A stretch of DNA of 56,237 bases, the filler included, from Sphacelaria rigidula (taxonomy: Eukaryota), in the NCBI GenBank assembly GCA_964200075.2. It is 3 parts of 3 records of this genome, joined end to end, with 100 filler letters (N's around TTAATTAATTAA, not from the genome) between each part and the next. Parts side by side here need not be neighbours in the genome. Positions count along the whole stretch, not along the records: positions 37,573 to 56,237 come from CAXNAA020000816.1; 2 more parts are not named here. One strand, written 5' to 3'. Each line of letters opens with the position of its first letter. Positions within the stretch are counted from its first letter, which is position 1. The notes below the pieces were generated by a model. It saw only the letters and a list, made by a program, of their open reading frames with translations. It had not been told where the DNA came from and did not search any database. The translations under genes and the position numbers were made by a program. Positions 49,401 through 56,237 of this stretch are shown here, in pieces.

Positions 49401-52400
49401 GACACCAAAGTTCACAAACTTGTTCCTGAAGGTGAGTCCCAGGTCGTCAGCGTGCCCCTGTTGAATTTCGACCCATTTCATCGATTTCTTGAAGTCCCCA
49501 GTCATTTCCCACCGGAGCGGACACCAAGAAAACGGTGAAATGAACCAGAAATCAATTGGCAAACACACTGACGACCTCGAGCTTACTCAAAAACACGTGT
49601 GTGAAATTTGGTGTCCTAACCCTTGAAAACTGCGTGAGAAATAGAGCAAACTTGAAACAGTTCCGATAATATGGGGTGCGAGGGGGCTCCCGGCGGCTGA
49701 TGACCCGAAGAAATCGGTTTGTCCGCGCACAACTCCGAACGATCTAACACCGCTAACGTCGGTCTTGAAGCTGAGAACACGTGTATGAAATTTGGTCTCC
49801 CACGTCTTGAAAACGGCATGAGATGTTGAGTCGAAGTGAGCTTGTTTCGAGAATATGGGAGACGCGGGCGCTCCCGGTCGCTCCGGGCCGCTCATGAGCT
49901 AAAGAAATCTCGAGTCAGCCCCAAACCTCGAGCGACCGAACAATGCCTACCCCGGCCTTGCCTTTCGGAACACGTGTGTCAAGTATTGTTGTCTAATTCC
50001 TAAAACGGCCCGAAAAATTGAGTAAACGTGAAAATTGGTCCAATAACCTGGAGCATGTCATGGCCGGAAACCTCAGTACGGCGATGAAGCGGAGTGAAGG
50101 AAGACGGATCCAGGCACTGGTGGCCTCATCAATAGTACGGTCGGGGACCCCAAGAAACCAGGGCAACCGAGCGAAACGTAACGGGCACCAACGCTGATGA
50201 CCTCGGACTTCATTCAGTACAATTTGTGTGAAGAAATATTTCCTAATTCTCACAAACGACCCGAGATACGAAGCGAAGGACAAAATATTACGACAATTTA
50301 AGGCATATGAAGGGGTTGTGGTAGTAAAGTAGCACTCTTTCGATTACAAGCGATACTCTTAGACATGCTAATCGGGGCAAAAAAATGATTGGGCTGTTTG
50401 AGGGAATCGTAACGACCACACACAAAAATTCCCCTTTCCCTTTTTGTCCTGGGATGCTCCGCCTAAATACACGTGCTTTTACGATCCAATATCTTGACGG
50501 GTTGATCGCGCGCGCAGGCAACACCCTTCCTGCTCACACCCTACCTACATCCTGTTGCTGACCATCCATAAGCACTCCATAGCCGCGGCCTTATCCTCCT
50601 GCTTTGAAGGCGTACACTCTAAACCTGAAATATATGTAATTTCCGGCTCACTGACCTGACCGCGGGACGTGCCCTGAAATGGGCGCTGCAGTGTGATGCA
50701 CTGGGGTTGTGAGCACCCAACGCAACAAGCGGCGCTCGAATCGCGCACGTCAACGTGGAGAACCGCGCGGATAAAACCTATCCCTTGATGGAGTGTCCTG
50801 AGCAACTACCATCCCCAATAAATGCAAGTGAAAAATACGATGAATAATGACAGCCAGAAGGGGCTCTGGGGGAAACGTCGGGGGGCAGGTCTGAATCGGT
50901 CGCGGAATAACTGCAGTTCGGTGCGTGCGCATGTGCAAATATGATACGAGCTGGGCCGGCCCAGAAGCGAATTTATGGTTTGCAGACCCATTCGTCGGCC
51001 AATATTTAAAGTTGGACTCTAAAAGTTGGTATGGGCAATGAATAGGGCACAATAGAAAAGTTACGAGTGCATCACAAGATTTCTTTTCCATGAGTTAGCC
51101 CTTTTCAATTCGCGAAGACCAGTACAAACTCCCATATGCGAGCTTTCGTCCCCGGGAGAACGAAACTTCGAGTTCGGTGCACGAATTTGTCACATTGTTA
51201 TAGTTGAACTTAGAGTGGTGCACCCTTTCGGTTGGCTGCATCATAGACAGTTGAAGAAAAACAACCATATCTTACCCAAGAAAACGTCATTTGTAAATCG
51301 TCATTTTTCCATCGAGAGTTCCAAAAGGGTTAAGGGCATTTGACTGATACGTGAAAACTCATGAAAAAAAAATAGTACACGCGTAATTTTTTCTATGCCC
51401 TATGCATTGTTCATACCAAATTTTACGCTCCAACTCTAAATATTGGCCGGCAAATGGGCAGTCTTAAAACCGGGTCGGTAGAAATTCGGAACAGTATTTC
51501 GCAGGCCACTCACCGACCCACGTTTGGTTTTTGTGTAATGAATTTTTGTGTGGGCCGTCGCTTTTTGTGTGGGCCGTCGCTAGGGCATAATTAACAAAAC
51601 AAAGTGGGTCAGGTCAAGGTCAGGTTGAATTTTTTCTTGACTGGTTCAGGGCTTTCTAGTATAGTAAAGACCATTTCTTTACGAGAACGCCCTAACCTCT
51701 CTCCCTCCAAAATAAATGAATCCCCATTTGGTTCTCCATGCTAAGTTTCGAATTACAATTCTAAAAATTGAGCTAAAAAGTTGAGATAGGGCCGAAGAGC
51801 AGTGTTCATTTCTCCTTGAAACTGCCTTAAAAACACGGAAAAAAAACGAAAGAAATGAAAAGGCTGTTTTTTTTTTTAATATTTATTATGCACAAGCGGT
51901 TCCCCATACGAAATTTCATAGCATAAATATAAAAAAATTAGACGCGATATTCAGATTTAGTTGATAAAGTGCTTCTGCTCGTAATATATGATTTTAGTAT
52001 AAAAACTTACGTGCGCCATATCTCGAGATAGACAACGAATAATGTGAAGATGAGGGAATATTCTTTGTTTTTTGTATTTTTTTATTATTCTGTTATATTT
52101 TTGCTGCTCCTGACCACGGGCTGGATTGTCGCGATCTAAGCTAATGTGAGATAATCAATCAAATCACTCAATCAATGTCGTCTCCCCGTGCTCCAGGGAA
52201 TGCCCACACCAAAAATCGTTGTCATCCGCTGAGTGCATCGATCGGGGTTTCATATAGGTTTTAGTATAGAAGTTATCTCCGTTAGGTATAGGAATTACTA
52301 GACATGAGGTTTAATCAACGAGAAAATATTGGCCCAGACTTTTGAGCAGATTGGCACTTTCCCATTGATTGGACGATTAATGTAATATGCGGATCATGGC

Positions 52401-55156
52401 CCAACTCGTCTGTGTCGATGAGATATTGCTTTGAGAGCCTAAATCCGTGTCTACGCTGGCCCAGCTCGTACACTCAGACATTTTCTGTTGAGGAAAGCGT
52501 CGCCGTCTGTGTACACAGCTGCGCAAGGAACCCACGGTAGAGAACATGGAGTGTACTGGAACAGAAAACATTATGGTGACCAACCTATGCTCTCCTCTTC
52601 ATCTGTGGTGTTGCTTGTACTGGTACCGCCATGTTCGCCCTACCGCCTCTACACCCTCCGTCTGCTGCGACTTGAGCTTGTACGTCGGAATACACGGACA
52701 AGTGCCACTCACCCTTCACCCACCCCACGGTCGGTCATATGTTTTATCGGCATAATTTCCACTTGAAAAATGAATGCAAGACCCGGATGACCCGATTATT
52801 GTAGTAAGAGGCGACCGTCTCGAGGGATTTAGACTTGAAAAATGGACACAGGACACCGCCCTGGCGATCGAGCGTCACTTCTAGAGCACGCGGGAAGAGG
52901 TGACGCTCTCCAAAGGAGTGATCCGATACTCGACGATACCCACAGAAATGAGGAGGGATGCAGCGGCGGGCACAGAAGATAACATTGCACTGTACTGCGC
53001 TGTACTGTAGTGATTATACCGTGCTGTACGGTGCACTTCGGCTTTGTCTAGTTACACAGACGGCAGCCACCTCGTGATGGTTCATCTGTGTTTGTGAAGG
53101 TGCACTATTTACTTCAAAAATGAATGCCCACCGTAGCCCATGGATTTTTTTTTGCAACTGGAGGCGGGAAGGGATGTCGAAGGGGTTCGTGTAATCTGAT
53201 CCTTGGTGATACCCATAAAAAAACGGAACGAACGCAACGGATGGGAGAGAGAAGACAACACCGTACCATAATATAAAGCATTGAACTGCTGTTCTGTACT
53301 ATGCGTTTTCGATCGGCTTTGTCTCGACCTATACAGATGAGCACCCCCAGCGTGGGTCATCTGTGTGGCATCGTCACAGTTTTGACGTGAAAATGAATGA
53401 TGAACAGACCGTACGGGCGATGCAATGCAACAACAAGGTGTGCATATCATGGGTGCAGATGGCCTCCTGCGCTTCTTTTCCCAACCGACCCGGCGACCCA
53501 TTCGCTTCTTTGTCGATCGGCTGGGCGGATCATTCCCATCTCATTGACTTGTGCGATTTTCCAACAGGAAGATCCTACATACTTTTTGAAAAACATTCCT
53601 ATATATTTTGGCCTCGATTAGCACGTCCAACTATGTGACTCTATTCTCACCCTGTCTGAGGATGTCTTCTCAACTGTCGTGTGGGCTACGAAATACGCTT
53701 GGCCCTTACCGCGGCTTTGCGCTGGATGCACACGAAACTTGTTCGCAGTGTAGGCCACGTGCAACATGCGGTTCAACTACGACAGCACGACCCCAAAACA
53801 GCGGCGTAATCTTTTTTCGGAGATTTCACCTATACTAAATCCTATACACTTCAGACCCTCTGTTTCGCACGCCCCTAGCGCCCCATCACGACCCGGCGCT
53901 GTGAAAGAAGCCACGTCGCTTCATTCCCGACGGTAGCTTCCCGCTCATGAGGAACGAGGATGTGAGAAGATTAAGTTGAGATTCCAAAAAATAATAATGT
54001 ATTCAGCCTCAGCGACGACCGGTATACTGCACTCGATCCGACACTGTTAGCTATAATCAACCTTTGCATCAGAAGAAAAACCCGGTATGAGCATATTCAG
54101 TTTCTTGAACGAGTGGGCCTGTACTTACTGTACACTTCTGTTATGAAAAGCAAACAAAAAAATCCTGTAAAACTGCCTTTTTGGTCCTCCCTCGTCGTTT
54201 CACGACCTCAAGGAGTGCTATGGCCCATCATTATCGACACTGTTTTTTCGCAATCTCCGAGATTGTCGGTACTGGCATATACCAAGTGACTCGAATGCTT
54301 GCGATTGCCACGGCGTTTTGACTGGACAGCTCTCCGAAGTGCAGCGTTGTAGTCCGAATTTTTCGGACATCTCCCGAATGAAGCTCCGAAGAAAGGATCA
54401 AGCCACTTCGTGCTCGGAGAAGACTGAAGACGGAGTCCGAGCACTCTGAAAAATTCTGATATCTCGGAAAAAACAGGGTCGACAATTAGGGTCTTAACCC
54501 TTAGACCGCGAGGTTAGTCTTCTGTTGAATCGGCATCAATTTCAAGTGAAAACAAGTATGCATGGTCACTAAGACTAATCTCGAGGTCTAAGAGTTAAGG
54601 AGGTTTTGACACCTCGGAATGACTTGCTCTACTTGTTGAGACGGTTCCAGGACACCTTGCATTTTCCGATGGCCACAGTTTTTGTTCTTAGCCAAGCTTG
54701 AAATGCTCGGTTGACCGCGGGTCTGGATATTCGCTGCATTTTTTGTCAAATTGCTGTTTGTGAGAAGGATGTACAAGCAAGGAAAATCGTCTCGACGCAA
54801 ATGTACCCAATCGCCAGGATAACGGCCTTTCTAGTGCAGCAACATCATGAACGTGAGGGCCCTATTCCGACCCGTATTGATGGTCAACTACAGAGGATGT
54901 AGCATAGTACAGTACACTACAAAAGCAGTGCTTAGCACACACTCCGCAACTGCAACTCGTATCGACTCTGCGGCTGCGCTGCTGTACTGTACTGCACTGC
55001 ACTGAGTGTATAACGATAGGAGGTCGTGTTGTTGTGTTGACATGCACTACTGAGTAGGACGCAGGATCTCTCCCCATCGTTTTTGAATGAGCTGTACTTT
55101 ACCTTATCAGGGACGATAACCTTGCTCAGCTTCTCTTCACATTTTCCGCACACCAT
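40419..55156 (-). CDS. CRIPT: Cysteine-rich PDZ-binding protein CRIPT homolog, 4 exons, 104 aa
   Basis: Exons 55156-55103 (MVCGKCEEKLSKVIVPDK), 41338-41232 (WKDGARNTTGGDSGGRRVGHENMLLK...), 41034-40946 (YTPITRVCRICKSKVNQDHHYCQECAFSK) and 40483-40419 (GICGMCGRKTDDITDQRRTAK*). All introns GT-AG, phases consistent, 315 nt. Matches the CRIPT pattern MVC.KCE.KL...PD.WKDGARN...CRICK...YCQ.CA..KGIC.MCG. Confidence 0.95.
42443..45886 (-). mobile_element. Tc1/mariner-type DNA transposon, degenerate, 3.4 kb, in CRIPT intron 1
   Basis: ~68-bp imperfect TIRs (C(A/T)GTTATGGGCG(C/T)GCCTGACCCCCCAAAATG...GTGTCACCGACCAA...CACGAACAGAC) flanked by TA on both sides. Minus-strand relics at ~42980-43300 resemble DDE motifs: NIIFI(D)EKPW across a 1-nt frameshift, TNTRPVH, and PNFDP..KWFSFL. 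Confidence 0.75.
43517..44545. repeat. Tandem duplication, ~514-bp unit, inside the Tc1-like element
   Basis: GACAACC(G/C)TGCCAGATAC...ACGCAAAACCCAAATGGTTCATTCGCAGCTAC at 43517 and 44031. Both units end in AAAGAAGTACC. Confidence 0.9.
46420..46672 (+). mobile_element. Dispersed retroelement 3'-end/SINE copy 3
   Basis: Collinear with 20553-20793 and 32351-32638. Ends AATAAATGAGACGACAACACACAC. Confidence 0.75.
47230..47860 (+). mobile_element. Possible LINE 3' remnant
   Basis: PKCMAC...(frameshift)...VDESI at ~47515-47560 resembles a LINE C-terminal zinc knuckle. Simple-repeat tail ~47820-47855. Heavily decayed. Confidence 0.35.
49588..50030. repeat. Diverged tandem repeat, ~185-190-bp period
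   Basis: AACACGTGT(G/A)TGAAATTTGGT...CTTGAAAAC at ~49591 and ~49776, with a weaker third copy at ~49969. Confidence 0.6.
50947..52468. mobile_element. Complete 1.5-kb non-autonomous Tc1/mariner-type element with TA target duplication
   Basis: TA|CGAGCTGGGCCGGC ... GCTGGCCCAGCTCG|TA. Reverse orientation relative to the 27253 and 36032 copies. No coding capacity. Carries two nested insertions. Confidence 0.85.
51099..51329. mobile_element. piggyBac-type MITE nested in the 1.5-kb element
   Basis: TTAG|CCCTTTT ... AAAAGGG|TTAA. The empty-site version ATGAGTTAAGGGCAAT is present in the sister copy at ~37033. Confidence 0.65.
54498..54594. mobile_element. 97-bp piggyBac-type MITE
   Basis: TTAA|CCCTTAGACCGCGAGGTTAGTCTT ... 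AAGACTAATCTCGAGGTCTAAGAG|TTAA (24-bp TIR, 3 mismatches). The core GAATCGGCATCA also occurs at ~37275 and ~44717, with variants at ~52746 and (reverse) ~46880. Confidence 0.8.
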
Positions 55157-55582
55157 CTGGCTAATTCTTCACGTGTACCTTGGACATGCCCTGTGCTGCT
55201 GAAGCTGGTAAACGTGCCCTCAAAAAACAAAAACGCTCCGCCATTTTCTGCGGTATATTTCGGCTTTTTCACCAACACATCAACCTACAGTAGGTAGTCT
55301 TTGCGACCCGTGATCAATAACGCTCTGGATGGTTCATACCGCACGCGCCGGCTGCAAATTAGTACTCGGAGTAGCAAGGTGTTATCGATGTGATCCAGTC
55401 TCCTGACACGTACCACACACAAAACGTTGTTATACCGCCGGCCACGGACATGGCACCTCGAGTAACCGCTAAAGCAAAAGGGAGTAAACGCCTGTCCAAT
55501 CTGCGACACTCGGAAGTCAGCTTGGTCTTCGAGATATGCTTCGATGACAGATTATTCTCGGGAAAAAAAAGAAGAGAGGGAC

Positions 55583-55956
55583 TGAACATTATAATGAGGT
55601 TCAACTCCAAAACGTTTGTTCTGACTTGAAATTTATAGGTCAGGGGAACAGACGCGGCCATCTGGCTACCTCCAAAATTCCTCCCGGTGGGTACACTTTT
55701 CGAGCCTCAACAGGTCTTAAACGCCTATGAAGTCTTATTATTGCCTCTGGAGGGCCGCGCATACCCCCAAATTCCTCCGGAGGGGTGCGCGTTCCTTCGG
55801 GTCGGCAGAGTTTGGTTCCCTCCAGAGGAATTGAAGGTCTCCTGAGGCTTGTTTTCCCCCTGGAGGGTCGTGCATCCCTCCGGAGGCATTTTGGGGTGTA
55901 GCCAAATGGCCGCGTGTGAAGCACTGTTTCGGAGTTGAACCTCATTTGAATGTTCA
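55583..55956. repeat. Inverted-repeat-bounded element upstream of CRIPT (probable MITE)
   Basis: GAACATTATAATGAGGTTCAACTCCAAAAC (~55584) vs the reverse complement of GTTTCGGAGTTGAACCTCATTTGAATGTTC (~55926). Interior rich in CCTCC(A/G)GAGG palindromes. Confidence 0.55.
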
Positions 55957-56237
55957 ACCAAGGTTCAACCACAACATATATATGGTATATTTTTTTCGAA
56001 ATAATCTGCTCGATGTTTTTGTTCCCACCGTTCGTTACAACAACTCGGCTCGGTGTTCACGCTGTATGTGTTGACATCCCATCTATTATTCTGGACGCCA
56101 TACATACACACGCGGGGGAAACAAATAACCTTTTTTTCGATGCTCAGAAACACGGTAGGAACAGTGTTTTCGTGAGATTGAGAATAGATGATACGATTGA
56201 GAGGGAAAAGCGGTCAATCAGCGAATGAATCGTTTCA

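Overview
Eukaryotic genomic DNA, intron-rich and transposon-rich, most likely from a brown alga (Phaeophyceae). The taxon is inferred from one-exon-per-LRR ROCO architecture, long introns and splice-site style. Five spliced protein-coding loci could be reconstructed by hand. (1) The first exon of an RRM RNA-binding gene (- strand, runs off the left edge). (2) A complete 7-exon FAM92/CIBAR-like BAR-domain gene with a GC-AG first intron. (3) The acidic, Ser-rich 5' part of an unknown gene cut by an assembly gap. (4) An LRR-ROC-COR (ROCO) GTPase gene with a C-terminal two-helix hydrophobic segment. (5) A complete 4-exon CRIPT gene whose 13.8-kb first intron is filled with transposon debris. The rest is nested Tc1/mariner-type and piggyBac-type non-autonomous elements, LINE 3' ends, a tRNA-derived SINE, a tRNA-like pseudogene and two artificial 100-nt scaffold linkers. 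The most interesting signal is at 18789-19300: a tandem 259-bp cassette array in which each unit carries one 69-nt LRR exon. The two visible exons differ only by five non-synonymous changes at the variable LRR positions, the upstream intron is nearly identical between units, and each exon is bracketed by an inverted-repeat pair that overlaps the likely branch point. This is a candidate receptor-diversifying exon-cassette system, and the array probably continues into the adjacent gap. All alignments and translations were done by eye, so repeat boundaries are approximate.
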